This document shows, piece after piece, positions 46,924 to 59,365 of a DNA stretch of 64,000 bases. Positions within the stretch are counted from its first letter, which is position 1; each line of letters opens with the position of its first letter. A model generated the notes under the pieces. The model was not told the DNA's origin. It made no database searches and saw nothing but the letters and a program-made list of their open reading frames with translations. The stretch lies in NCBI RefSeq assembly GCF_041886205.1, contig NZ_CP169029.1; one strand, written 5' to 3'. The position numbers and the translations under genes are program-made. The DNA is from Escherichia coli (GTDB lineage Bacteria; Pseudomonadota; Gammaproteobacteria; Enterobacterales; Enterobacteriaceae).

Positions 46924-46941
46924 TCACCTGAGGAATGCCTG

Positions 46942-47553
46942 GTGAATCGTTTTGTAATTGCTGACTCCACGCTCTGTATCGGCTGCCACACTTGTGAGGC
47001 CGCCTGTTCAGAGACGCATCGCCAGCACGGCCTGCAATCAATGCCGCGCCTGAGAGTGATGCTGAATGAAAAAGAATCTGCGCCGCAGCTCTGTCACCAC
47101 TGTGAAGATGCACCCTGCGCGGTGGTCTGCCCGGTTAACGCCATCACCCGCGTTGATGGGGCCGTGCAGTTGAATGAAAGTCTGTGCGTAAGCTGCAAAC
47201 TGTGCGGCATCGCCTGCCCGTTTGGCGCAATTGAATTTTCCGGCAGCCGTCCGCTGGATATTCCTGCAAACGCCAATACCCCGAAAGCGCCACCGGCACC
47301 GCCTGCTCCGGCGCGTGTCAGCACATTGCTTGACTGGGTGCCAGGTATTCGCGCGATCGCCGTCAAATGTGACCTTTGTAGCTTTGATGAACAAGGTCCG
47401 GCCTGCGTGCGGATGTGCCCGACTAAAGCCCTGCATCTGGTGGATAACACCGATATCGCCCGCGTCAGCAAACGTAAGCGTGAGCTGACCTTTAACACGG
47501 ACTTTGGCGATCTCACCTTGTTTCAGCAGGCTCAAAGTGGAGAGGCTAAATGA
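46942..47553 (+). CDS. hycB: Formate hydrogenlyase subunit 2 (4Fe-4S ferredoxin-type)
   Basis: 203-aa ORF with four CxxCxxCxxxCP clusters. Confidence 0.95.
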   Translation: MNRFVIADSTLCIGCHTCEAACSETHRQHGLQSMPRLRVMLNEKESAPQLCHHCEDAPCAVVCPVNAITRVDGAVQLNESLCVSCKLCGIACPFGAIEFSGSRPLDIPANANTPKAPPAPPAPARVSTLLDWVPGIRAIAVKCDLCSFDEQGPACVRMCPTKALHLVDNTDIARVSKRKRELTFNTDFGDLTLFQQAQSGEAK

Positions 47554-49376
47554 GCGCAATTTCCCTGATCAATAGCGGCGTGGCGTGGTTTGTCGCCGCC
47601 GCTGTTCTGGCATTTCTCTTTTCTTTTCAAAAGGCGCTAAGCGGCTGGATAGCCGGAATTGGCGGCGCGGTTGGTAGTCTGTATACGGCAGCCGCGGGCT
47701 TCACTGTACTGACTGGCGCGGTTGGCGTGAGCGGTGCGCTGTCGCTGGTAAGCTATGATGTGCAAATCTCTCCGCTTAACGCGATTTGGCTGATTACGCT
47801 CGGTCTGTGCGGTCTGTTTGTCAGCCTCTACAACATTGACTGGCATCGCCACGCGCAGGTGAAGTGCAACGGCTTGCAGATCAATATGTTGATGGCTGCC
47901 GCCGTCTGCGCCGTCATCGCCAGCAACCTCGGCATGTTCGTGGTAATGGCTGAAGTCATGGCCTTGTGTTCGGTGTTCCTTACCAGCAACAGCAAAGAGG
48001 GCAAACTGTGGTTTGCGCTGGGGCGTCTTGGCACTCTGCTGCTGGTGATTGCTTGCTGGCTGCTGTGGCAGCGTTATGGCACGCTGGATCTGCGCCTGCT
48101 GGATATGCGTATGCAACAGCTGCCGCTCGGTTCCGATATCTGGCTGCTCGGTGTGATTGGCTTTGGCCTGCTGGCCGGGATTATTCCGCTGCACGGCTGG
48201 GTGCCGCAGGCACATGCGAACGCCTCTGCGCCAGCTGCCGCGTTGTTTTCTACGGTAGTCATGAAAATTGGCCTGCTGGGCATTTTAACCCTGTCACTGC
48301 TGGGCGGTAATGCACCGCTGTGGTGGGGGATCGCGCTGCTGGTGCTCGGCATGATCACCGCGTTCGTCGGTGGTCTGTATGCGTTGATGGAACACAACAT
48401 CCAGCGCCTGCTGGCTTACCACACCCTGGAAAATATCGGCATTATCCTGCTGGGGCTGGGCGCTGGCGTAACGGGTATCGCGCTCGAACAACCGGCACTG
48501 ATTGCTCTTGGCCTGGTCGGTGGTCTGTACCATCTGCTTAACCATAGCCTGTTCAAAAGCGTACTGTTCCTCGGAGCGGGGAGCGTCTGGTTCCGTACCG
48601 GTCATCGCGATATCGAAAAACTCGGTGGTATTGGCAAGAAAATGCCGGTTATCTCCATCGCCATGTTAGTCGGGCTGATGGCAATGGCTGCGCTGCCGCC
48701 GCTGAATGGTTTTGCCGGGGAATGGGTTATCTATCAATCCTTCTTCAAACTGAGCAATAGTGGCGCGTTTGTTGCCCGTCTGCTGGGGCCGCTGCTCGCC
48801 GTGGGTCTGGCAATTACCGGTGCGCTGGCGGTGATGTGTATGGCGAAAGTCTATGGCGTCACGTTCCTCGGCGCGCCGCGTACCAAAGAAGCCGAAAACG
48901 CCACCTGTGCACCGCTCCTGATGAGCGTAAGCGTAGTGGCACTGGCGATTTGCTGCGTAATTGGCGGTGTTGCTGCGCCGTGGCTGCTGCCGATGCTGTC
49001 TGCTGCTGTACCTCTGCCGCTGGAGCCTGCTAACACCACCGTTTCTCAACCGATGATCACGTTGCTGCTGATTGCCTGCCCGCTGCTGCCATTCATCATT
49101 ATGGCGATTTGCAAAGGCGATCGTTTGCCATCGCGTTCCCGCGGCGCGGCCTGGGTGTGCGGCTACGACCACGAAAAATCAATGGTGATTACCGCTCACG
49201 GTTTTGCCATGCCGGTGAAACAGGCGTTTGCGCCAGTGCTGAAACTGCGCAAATGGCTGAATCCGGTGTCGCTGGTGCCGGGCTGGCAGTGCGAAGGTAG
49301 TGCGTTGCTGTTCCGCCGGATGGCGCTGGTTGAACTGGCGGTACTGGTGGTGATTATTGTTTCACGAGGAGCCTGA
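47550..49376 (+). CDS. hycC: Formate hydrogenlyase subunit 3 (membrane, NuoL/ND5-like)
   Basis: 608-aa polytopic membrane protein; start overlaps hycB stop. Confidence 0.95.
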   Translation: MSAISLINSGVAWFVAAAVLAFLFSFQKALSGWIAGIGGAVGSLYTAAAGFTVLTGAVGVSGALSLVSYDVQISPLNAIWLITLGLCGLFVSLYNIDWHRHAQVKCNGLQINMLMAAAVCAVIASNLGMFVVMAEVMALCSVFLTSNSKEGKLWFALGRLGTLLLVIACWLLWQRYGTLDLRLLDMRMQQLPLGSDIWLLGVIGFGLLAGIIPLHGWVPQAHANASAPAAALFSTVVMKIGLLGILTLSLLGGNAPLWWGIALLVLGMITAFVGGLYALMEHNIQRLLAYHTLENIGIILLGLGAGVTGIALEQPALIALGLVGGLYHLLNHSLFKSVLFLGAGSVWFRTGHRDIEKLGGIGKKMPVISIAMLVGLMAMAALPPLNGFAGEWVIYQSFFKLSNSGAFVARLLGPLLAVGLAITGALAVMCMAKVYGVTFLGAPRTKEAENATCAPLLMSVSVVALAICCVIGGVAAPWLLPMLSAAVPLPLEPANTTVSQPMITLLLIACPLLPFIIMAICKGDRLPSRSRGAAWVCGYDHEKSMVITAHGFAMPVKQAFAPVLKLRKWLNPVSLVPGWQCEGSALLFRRMALVELAVLVVIIVSRGA

Positions 49377-49378
49377 GA

Positions 49379-50302
49379 ATGAGTGTTTTATATCCGTTAA
49401 TTCAGGCGCTGGTGTTATTTGCCGTTGCGCCGCTGCTCTCCGGTATTACCCGCGTGGCGCGCGCCCGTCTGCATAACCGTCGTGGGCCGGGTGTGTTGCA
49501 GGAGTATCGTGACATTTTCAAACTGCTGGGCCGCCAGAGCGTTGGCCCGGATGCCTCCGGCTGGGTGTTCCGCCTGACGCCGTATGTGATGGTGGGCGTC
49601 ATGCTGACTATCGCTACTGCGCTGCCGGTGGTGACCGTCGGTTCTCCGCTGCCGCAACTGGGTGATTTAATCACCTTACTGTATCTCTTTGCCATCGCGC
49701 GTTTCTTCTTTGCCATTTCTGGTCTGGATACCGGTAGCCCGTTTACCGCTATCGGCGCGAGCCGTGAAGCGATGCTTGGCGTGCTGGTCGAACCGATGCT
49801 GCTGCTTGGTCTGTGGGTTGCCGCACAGGTTGCCGGTTCCACCAACATCAGCAACATCACCGACACCGTTTATCACTGGCCGCTGAGCCAGAGCATCCCG
49901 CTGGTACTGGCGCTTTGTGCCTGTGCGTTCGCCACTTTTATCGAAATGGGCAAACTGCCGTTCGACCTGGCGGAAGCCGAGCAGGAGTTGCAGGAAGGTC
50001 CGCTCTCTGAGTATAGCGGCAGCGGCTTTGGCGTCATGAAATGGGGTATCAGCCTGAAACAGCTGGTGGTGCTGCAGATGTTCGTCGGGGTGTTTATTCC
50101 GTGGGGACAAATGGAAACCTTCACCGCCGGTGGACTGCTGCTGGCGCTGGTGATTGCCATCGTAAAACTGGTGGTCGGCGTCCTGGTTATCGCGCTGTTC
50201 GAAAACAGCATGGCCCGTCTGCGTCTTGATATTACTCCGCGCATTACCTGGGCTGGGTTTGGCTTTGCATTTTTAGCGTTCGTCTCCTTGCTGGCGGCGT
50301 GA
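49379..50302 (+). CDS. hycD: Formate hydrogenlyase subunit 4 (membrane, NuoH-like)
   Basis: 307-aa polytopic membrane protein. Confidence 0.95.
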   Translation: MSVLYPLIQALVLFAVAPLLSGITRVARARLHNRRGPGVLQEYRDIFKLLGRQSVGPDASGWVFRLTPYVMVGVMLTIATALPVVTVGSPLPQLGDLITLLYLFAIARFFFAISGLDTGSPFTAIGASREAMLGVLVEPMLLLGLWVAAQVAGSTNISNITDTVYHWPLSQSIPLVLALCACAFATFIEMGKLPFDLAEAEQELQEGPLSEYSGSGFGVMKWGISLKQLVVLQMFVGVFIPWGQMETFTAGGLLLALVIAIVKLVVGVLVIALFENSMARLRLDITPRITWAGFGFAFLAFVSLLAA

Positions 50303-50319
50303 TTAAAGAGAGTTTGAGC

Positions 50320-52029
50320 ATGTCTGAAGAAAAATTAGGTCAACATTATCTCGCCGCGCTGAATGAGGCATTTCCGGGCGTCGTGCTGGACCACGCCTGG
50401 CAGACCAAAGATCAGCTGACTGTCACCGTAAAGGTGAACTACCTGCCGGAAGTGGTGGAGTTTCTTTACTACAAACAGGGTGGCTGGCTGTCGGTGCTGT
50501 TTGGTAACGACGAACGCAAACTGAATGGTCATTACGCCGTTTACTACGTGCTGTCGATGGAGAAGGGCACTAAGTGTTGGATTACGGTTCGCGTCGAAGT
50601 TGACGCCAACAAACCGGAATATCCGTCCGTGACACCGCGCGTTCCGGCGGCGGTGTGGGGCGAGCGCGAAGTGCGCGATATGTACGGTTTGATTCCGGTT
50701 GGTCTGCCGGATGAACGCCGTCTGGTGCTGCCGGATGACTGGCCGGATGAACTTTATCCGCTGCGTAAAGACAGCATGGATTATCGTCAGCGTCCGGCGC
50801 CGACCACCGATGCTGAAACCTACGAGTTCATCAACGAACTGGGCGACAAGAAAAACAACGTCGTGCCGATTGGTCCGCTGCACGTCACTTCCGACGAACC
50901 GGGCCACTTCCGTCTGTTCGTCGATGGCGAAAACATTATCGACGCCGACTACCGCCTGTTCTACGTTCATCGCGGTATGGAAAAACTGGCGGAAACCCGT
51001 ATGGGTTACAACGAAGTGACCTTCCTCTCTGACCGTGTGTGCGGGATCTGCGGCTTTGCCCACAGCACCGCCTACACCACGTCGGTAGAAAACGCGATGG
51101 GTATTCAGGTGCCAGAACGTGCGCAGATGATCCGCGCCATTCTGCTGGAGGTGGAACGCCTGCACTCGCATCTGCTCAACCTCGGCCTCGCCTGCCACTT
51201 TACCGGCTTCGACTCCGGCTTTATGCAGTTCTTCCGCGTGCGTGAAACCTCCATGAAAATGGCCGAGATCCTCACCGGTGCGCGTAAAACCTACGGCCTG
51301 AACCTGATCGGCGGGATTCGTCGCGATCTGTTGAAAGATGACATGATCCAGACCCGCCAGCTGGCGCAACAGATGCGTCGTGAAGTGCAGGAGCTGGTGG
51401 ATGTGCTGCTGAGCACACCGAACATGGAACAGCGCACCGTCGGCATTGGTCGTCTGGACCCGGAAATTGCCCGCGATTTCAGTAACGTTGGCCCGATGGT
51501 CCGCGCCAGCGGACACGCTCGCGATACCCGCGCTGATCACCCGTTTGTTGGTTATGGCCTGCTGCCAATGGAAGTCCACAGCGAGCAGGGCTGCGACGTT
51601 ATTTCGCGTCTGAAAGTGCGTATCAACGAAGTCTATACCGCGCTGAACATGATCGACTACGGTCTGGATAACCTGCCGGGTGGCCCGCTGATGGTGGAAG
51701 GCTTTACCTACATTCCGCACCGTTTCGCGCTGGGCTTTGCCGAAGCGCCGCGCGGTGATGATATCCACTGGAGCATGACTGGCGACAACCAGAAGCTGTA
51801 CCGCTGGCGCTGCCGTGCCGCGACCTACGCGAACTGGCCGACCCTGCGCTACATGCTGCGTGGCAACACTGTTTCCGATGCGCCGCTGATTATCGGTAGC
51901 CTGGACCCTTGCTACTCCTGTACCGACCGCATGACCGTGGTCGATGTGCGTAAGAAAAAGAGCAAAGTGGTGCCGTACAAAGAACTCGAGCGTTACAGCA
52001 TTGAGCGTAAAAACTCGCCGCTGAAATAA
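50320..52029 (+). CDS. hycE: Formate hydrogenlyase subunit 5, [NiFe]-hydrogenase 3 large subunit
   Basis: Start at internal ATG 50320 (MSEEKLGQHYLAALNEAF...), 569 aa; N-terminal RxCGxC and C-terminal DPCxxC nickel-binding motifs. Confidence 0.95.
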   Translation: MSEEKLGQHYLAALNEAFPGVVLDHAWQTKDQLTVTVKVNYLPEVVEFLYYKQGGWLSVLFGNDERKLNGHYAVYYVLSMEKGTKCWITVRVEVDANKPEYPSVTPRVPAAVWGEREVRDMYGLIPVGLPDERRLVLPDDWPDELYPLRKDSMDYRQRPAPTTDAETYEFINELGDKKNNVVPIGPLHVTSDEPGHFRLFVDGENIIDADYRLFYVHRGMEKLAETRMGYNEVTFLSDRVCGICGFAHSTAYTTSVENAMGIQVPERAQMIRAILLEVERLHSHLLNLGLACHFTGFDSGFMQFFRVRETSMKMAEILTGARKTYGLNLIGGIRRDLLKDDMIQTRQLAQQMRREVQELVDVLLSTPNMEQRTVGIGRLDPEIARDFSNVGPMVRASGHARDTRADHPFVGYGLLPMEVHSEQGCDVISRLKVRINEVYTALNMIDYGLDNLPGGPLMVEGFTYIPHRFALGFAEAPRGDDIHWSMTGDNQKLYRWRCRAATYANWPTLRYMLRGNTVSDAPLIIGSLDPCYSCTDRMTVVDVRKKKSKVVPYKELERYSIERKNSPLK

Positions 52030-52038
52030 GGAATCGCC

Positions 52039-52581
52039 ATGTTTACCTTTATCAAAAAAGTCATCAAAACCGGCACGGCGACCTCGTCTTATCCGCTGGA
52101 GCCGATTGCGGTTGATAAAAACTTCCGTGGTAAGCCAGAGCAGAACCCGCAGCAGTGCATCGGCTGCGCGGCCTGCGTCAATGCCTGCCCGTCAAACGCC
52201 TTAACGGTTGAAACTGACCTCGCCACAGGAGAGCTTGCGTGGGAGTTTAATCTCGGGCGCTGCATCTTCTGTGGACGCTGCGAAGAAGTTTGCCCGACGG
52301 CGGCGATCAAACTGTCGCAAGAGTACGAACTGGCGGTGTGGAAAAAAGAAGATTTCCTGCAACAGTCCCGCTTTGCGCTGTGCAACTGTCGCGTCTGCAA
52401 TCGTCCTTTCGCCGTCCAGAAAGAGATCGACTACGCCATTGCGCTGCTTAAGCACAACGGCGACAGCCGCGCGGAAAACCACCGCGAAAGCTTTGAGACT
52501 TGCCCGGAATGTAAGCGCCAGAAATGCCTGGTGCCGTCCGACCGTATTGAACTGACTCGCCATATGAAAGAGGCCATCTGA
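52039..52581 (+). CDS. hycF: Formate hydrogenlyase subunit 6 (Fe-S)
   Basis: 180-aa ORF with two CxxCxxCxxxCP motifs. Confidence 0.95.
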   Translation: MFTFIKKVIKTGTATSSYPLEPIAVDKNFRGKPEQNPQQCIGCAACVNACPSNALTVETDLATGELAWEFNLGRCIFCGRCEEVCPTAAIKLSQEYELAVWKKEDFLQQSRFALCNCRVCNRPFAVQKEIDYAIALLKHNGDSRAENHRESFETCPECKRQKCLVPSDRIELTRHMKEAI

Positions 52582-53348
52582 TGAGCAATTTATTAGGCCC
52601 CCGTGACGCCAACGGCATTCCGGTCCCGATGACGGTGGATGAATCCATCGCCAGCATGAAGGCGTCGTTACTGAAAAAAATCAAACGTTCTGCCTATGTT
52701 TACCGCGTGGACTGCGGCGGCTGCAACGGCTGCGAAATCGAAATTTTCGCCACTTTATCGCCGCTGTTTGATGCAGAACGCTTCGGCATTAAAGTCGTTC
52801 CTTCACCGCGTCATGCGGATATTTTACTGTTTACCGGCGCGGTCACCCGTGCAATGCGATCCCCTGCGCTGCGTGCGTGGCAGTCCGCGCCGGACCCGAA
52901 AATTTGTATCTCCTACGGTGCCTGCGGTAACAGCGGTGGTATTTTCCACGATCTCTACTGCGTGTGGGGCGGTACGGATAAAATCGTCCCGGTAGATGTC
53001 TACATTCCGGGTTGCCCGCCAACGCCTGCCGCCACGCTGTACGGCTTTGCAATGGCACTCGGCCTGCTGGAGCAGAAAATTCACGCCCGTGGCCCGGGTG
53101 AGCAGGATGAACAACCGGCTGAGATTCTGCATGGCGATATGGTGCAGCCGCTGCGCGTGAAAGTGGATCGCGAAGCACGTCGCCTGGCGGGTTATCGTTA
53201 CGGTCGTCAGATTGCCGATGATTACCTTACACAGTTAGGGCAGGGCGAAGAACAGGTTGCACGCTGGCTGGAAGCGGAAAACGATCCGCGTCTGAACGAG
53301 ATTGTCAGCCATCTGAATCATGTTGTTGAAGAGGCGCGTATCCGATGA
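52581..53348 (+). CDS. hycG: Formate hydrogenlyase subunit 7, hydrogenase 3 small subunit (NuoB-like)
   Basis: 255-aa ORF with NuoB-type cysteine motifs ([14 protein letters not shown]). Confidence 0.95.
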   Translation: MSNLLGPRDANGIPVPMTVDESIASMKASLLKKIKRSAYVYRVDCGGCNGCEIEIFATLSPLFDAERFGIKVVPSPRHADILLFTGAVTRAMRSPALRAWQSAPDPKICISYGACGNSGGIFHDLYCVWGGTDKIVPVDVYIPGCPPTPAATLYGFAMALGLLEQKIHARGPGEQDEQPAEILHGDMVQPLRVKVDREARRLAGYRYGRQIADDYLTQLGQGEEQVARWLEAENDPRLNEIVSHLNHVVEEARIR

Positions 53349-53755
53349 GTGAAAAGGTGGTGTTCAGTCAACTGAGCCGTAAATTTATTGATGAGAACGA
53401 TGCCACGCCCGCCGAGGCGCAGCAGGTGGTCTATTACAGCCTGGCGATTGGTCACCACCTTGGGGTTATCGATTGCCTGGAAGCGGCGCTCACCTGCCCA
53501 TGGGATGAATATCTGGCATGGATTGCCACTCTGGAGGCGGGCAGCGAAGCCCGCCGCAAAATGGAAGGCGTACCGAAATATGGCGAGATCGTCATCGACA
53601 TTAACCATGTGCCGATGCTGGCCAATGCATTCGATAAAGCCCGGGCAGCGCAAACTTCGCAGCAGCAGGAATGGAGTACAATGCTGTTAAGTATGCTGCA
53701 TGATATTCATCAGGAAAACGCCATCTATTTGATGGTGAGGAGACTGCGTGACTGA
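53345..53755 (+). CDS. hycH: Formate hydrogenlyase maturation protein HycH
   Basis: 136-aa [43 protein letters not shown]... Confidence 0.92.
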   Translation: MSEKVVFSQLSRKFIDENDATPAEAQQVVYYSLAIGHHLGVIDCLEAALTCPWDEYLAWIATLEAGSEARRKMEGVPKYGEIVIDINHVPMLANAFDKARAAQTSQQQEWSTMLLSMLHDIHQENAIYLMVRRLRD

Positions 53756-54218
53756 CGTTTTACTCTGTGTTGGCAATAGCATGATGGGCGATGATGGCGC
53801 AGGTCCGCTGCTGGCGGAAAAGTGCGCCGCCGCGCCGAAAGGTAACTGGGTGGTGATTGATGGCGGTAGTGCACCGGAAAACGACATCGTCGCCATCCGT
53901 GAACTGCGCCCTACGCGGTTACTGATTGTTGACGCTACTGATATGGGGCTAAACCCCGGCGAAATCCGCATCATCGACCCGGATGATATCGCCGAGATGT
54001 TTATGATGACTACCCATAACATGCCGCTGAACTATCTTATCGACCAGTTGAAAGAAGACATTGGCGAAGTGATTTTCCTCGGCATCCAGCCGGATATCGT
54101 CGGCTTTTACTACCCGATGACTCAGCCGATTAAAGATGCGGTAGAAACCGTTTATCAACGACTGGAAGGCTGGGAAGGGAATGGCGGCTTCGCGCAGTTA
54201 GCGGTGGAAGAAGAGTAG
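53748..54218 (+). CDS. hycI: Hydrogenase 3 maturation endopeptidase
   Basis: 156-aa [28 protein letters not shown]...; HybD/HycI protease signature. Confidence 0.94.
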   Translation: MTDVLLCVGNSMMGDDGAGPLLAEKCAAAPKGNWVVIDGGSAPENDIVAIRELRPTRLLIVDATDMGLNPGEIRIIDPDDIAEMFMMTTHNMPLNYLIDQLKEDIGEVIFLGIQPDIVGFYYPMTQPIKDAVETVYQRLEGWEGNGGFAQLAVEEE

Positions 54219-54288
54219 TTTTTCAATAAGGAATCAGGACAGGGATGTTCTTGATGGGGTGAACCAGCTCTGATGCCAAATGCTAAAT

Positions 54289-54376
54289 TGCCCGATGCGC
54301 TGCGCTTATCGGGCTTTCCTGGTTCGTGCGACACGTAGGCCGGATAAGGCGTTCACGCCGCATCCGGCACGGTTAC

Positions 54377-54378
<2 letters not shown>
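54289..54378. repeat. REP elements in hycI-ascB spacer
   Basis: tgcccgatgcgctgcgcttatcgggc and gtaggccggataaggcgttcacgccgcatccggca: REP-type palindromes. Confidence 0.75.
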
Positions 54379-57267
<2,889 letters not shown>

Positions 57268-57526
57268 CGGATTTTATCCTGTTATCAGTAGGGTAGATGT
57301 AGTTGTTATCAGTCGACGTGACGGAAAAATGCCGATGCTGAAACGGAATTAAGAAACCGGTTTCACAAAATCATGAATAGTTGTCACTAAATAAGCAAGA
57401 GAGTTAATTGTTCATTTTTTATATTTGTGAAACCGGTCACCTGAATATTTTTCCCGCCGATTGCGCAAGGACAATCGGCAAACGGTGCAGTACACTGCGT
57501 TGATTGCGTGTAAAGGGATGAAAATG

Positions 57527-58537
57527 ATGACGACGATGCTGGAAGTGGCGAAGCGCGCCGGGGTTTCAAAAGCGACCGTTTCCCGCGTGCTTTCAGGTAA
57601 TGGCTACGTCAGCCAGGAGACTAAAGATCGCGTGTTTCAGGCGGTAGAAGAGAGCGGTTACCGCCCAAACTTGCTGGCGCGTAATCTGTCGGCGAAGAGT
57701 ACTCAGACGCTGGGGCTGGTAGTGACCAACACGCTTTACCACGGCATTTATTTTAGTGAATTACTGTTTCATGCCGCGCGAATGGCGGAAGAGAAAGGGC
57801 GGCAGTTGCTATTGGCAGATGGTAAACACAGCGCCGAAGAAGAGCGCCAGGCGATTCAGTATCTGCTGGATCTGCGCTGCGACGCGATCATGATTTATCC
57901 GCGCTTTTTAAGCGTGGATGAAATTGATGACATCATTGACGCGCACAGTCAGCCGATAATGGTGCTTAATCGCCGCCTGCGCAAAAATAGCAGCCATAGC
58001 GTCTGGTGCGATCATAAACAGACCAGCTTTAACGCCGTGGCAGAGTTGATAAACGCCGGGCATCAGGAGATTGCTTTCCTTACCGGCTCGATGGATTCCC
58101 CCACCAGCATTGAACGTCTTGCCGGGTATAAAGACGCGCTGTCGCAGCATGGTATTGCGCTCAATGAAAAACTTATCGCTAACGGTAAATGGACGCCCGC
58201 CAGCGGGGCCGAAGGGGTAGAAACGTTGCTCGAACGTGGGGCTAAATTTAGCGCGTTAGTTGCCAGTAACGACGATATGGCGATAGGTGCGATGAAAGCG
58301 TTGCACGAGCGCGGCGTAGCGGTGCCAGAGCAGGTGTCAGTTATCGGATTCGATGATATCGCAATTGCCCCCTATATCGTTCCGGCGCTCTCCAGCGTAA
58401 AAATTCCGGTGACTGAGATGATTCAGGAAATTATTGGACGGCTGATTTTTATGCTCGATGGCGGGGATTTCTCACCGCCGAAAACCTTCAGCGGAAAACT
58501 GATCCGCCGCGACTCACTCATTGCTCTTTCGCGATAA
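57527..58537 (+). CDS. ascG: LacI-family repressor of the asc operon
   Basis: Start chosen at MTTMLEVAKRAGVSKATVSRVLSG... (336 aa); in-frame ATGs at 57518 and 57524 are alternative starts; LacI HTH and periplasmic-binding-like fold; reading frame intact. Confidence 0.93.
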   Translation: MTTMLEVAKRAGVSKATVSRVLSGNGYVSQETKDRVFQAVEESGYRPNLLARNLSAKSTQTLGLVVTNTLYHGIYFSELLFHAARMAEEKGRQLLLADGKHSAEEERQAIQYLLDLRCDAIMIYPRFLSVDEIDDIIDAHSQPIMVLNRRLRKNSSHSVWCDHKQTSFNAVAELINAGHQEIAFLTGSMDSPTSIERLAGYKDALSQHGIALNEKLIANGKWTPASGAEGVETLLERGAKFSALVASNDDMAIGAMKALHERGVAVPEQVSVIGFDDIAIAPYIVPALSSVKIPVTEMIQEIIGRLIFMLDGGDFSPPKTFSGKLIRRDSLIALSR

Positions 58538-58550
58538 ACATTGTCATCAC

Positions 58551-58587
58551 ATGTCATCGTCACTAGTGTCGATGACATCGTTTTTCC
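58551..58587 (+). terminator. Rho-independent terminator downstream of ascG
   Basis: atgtcatcg-tcactagtgt-cgatgacat hairpin followed by cgtttttcc. Confidence 0.7.
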
Positions 58588-58685
58588 TGCATTACAGAAA
58601 TTAATTTCCTTAAATAACAGCAAATTAAAAACTGGCATGATTTGTGAATGTATCGGCGCATTAACTGTCATTGCTGGAGAATTTG

Positions 58686-59213
58686 ATGAACCGTTTCATC
58701 ATTGCTGACGCGAGTAAATGTATTGGTTGCCGTACCTGTGAAGTGGCGTGCGTGGTTTCTCATCAGGAAAATCAGGACTGTGCATCGCTGACCCCGGAAA
58801 CCTTTTTACCGCGAATCCATGTCATTAAAGGTGTGAACATTTCCACGGCGACAGTCTGCCGTCAGTGTGAAGATGCACCGTGCGCTAACGTCTGCCCGAA
58901 TGGTGCTATCAGCCGTGATAAAGGGTTTGTTCATGTGATGCAGGAACGTTGCATTGGTTGCAAAACCTGCGTGGTGGCTTGCCCGTATGGCGCGATGGAA
59001 GTGGTGGTACGTCCGGTGATTCGCAACAGCGGCGCGGGGCTGAATGTACGGGCTGACAAAGCTGAAGCCAATAAATGCGACCTGTGCAACCATCGCGAAG
59101 ACGGCCCGGCGTGTATGGCGGCTTGCCCGACCCATGCGCTGATTTGTGTCGATCGTAATAAACTTGAACAACTGAGCGCAGAAAAACGTCGCCGTACGGC
59201 GCTGATGTTCTAA
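58686..59213 (+). CDS. hydN: Electron transport protein HydN (4Fe-4S ferredoxin-type)
   Basis: Start at ATG 58686 (MNRFIIADASKCIGCRTCEVACV...), 175 aa, with GGAGA RBS; multiple CxxCxxCxxxCP motifs. Confidence 0.94.
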   Translation: MNRFIIADASKCIGCRTCEVACVVSHQENQDCASLTPETFLPRIHVIKGVNISTATVCRQCEDAPCANVCPNGAISRDKGFVHVMQERCIGCKTCVVACPYGAMEVVVRPVIRNSGAGLNVRADKAEANKCDLCNHREDGPACMAACPTHALICVDRNKLEQLSAEKRRRTALMF

Positions 59214-59365
59214 AAATCTTATAGAACTGTTCTGGCATCAAAGGAATTCCCGGAAATATTCGTAGAATACGGAGCTGGCGGTATCGCCGACCTGAGACTG
59301 CCGGATACGACGCAGTCGTGTCCGGCAGGGCGGGTTACGCAATTCATGATGGCGGGAATAACTCA

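Noticed and set aside
58600-58660. Sigma-54 promoter upstream of hydN (ctggcatgatttgtgaatg)
   Set aside because: The GG is present but the -12 GC is not at the required spacing, so I could not support a -24/-12 call by eye even though the hydN-hypF operon is reported as FhlA-dependent.
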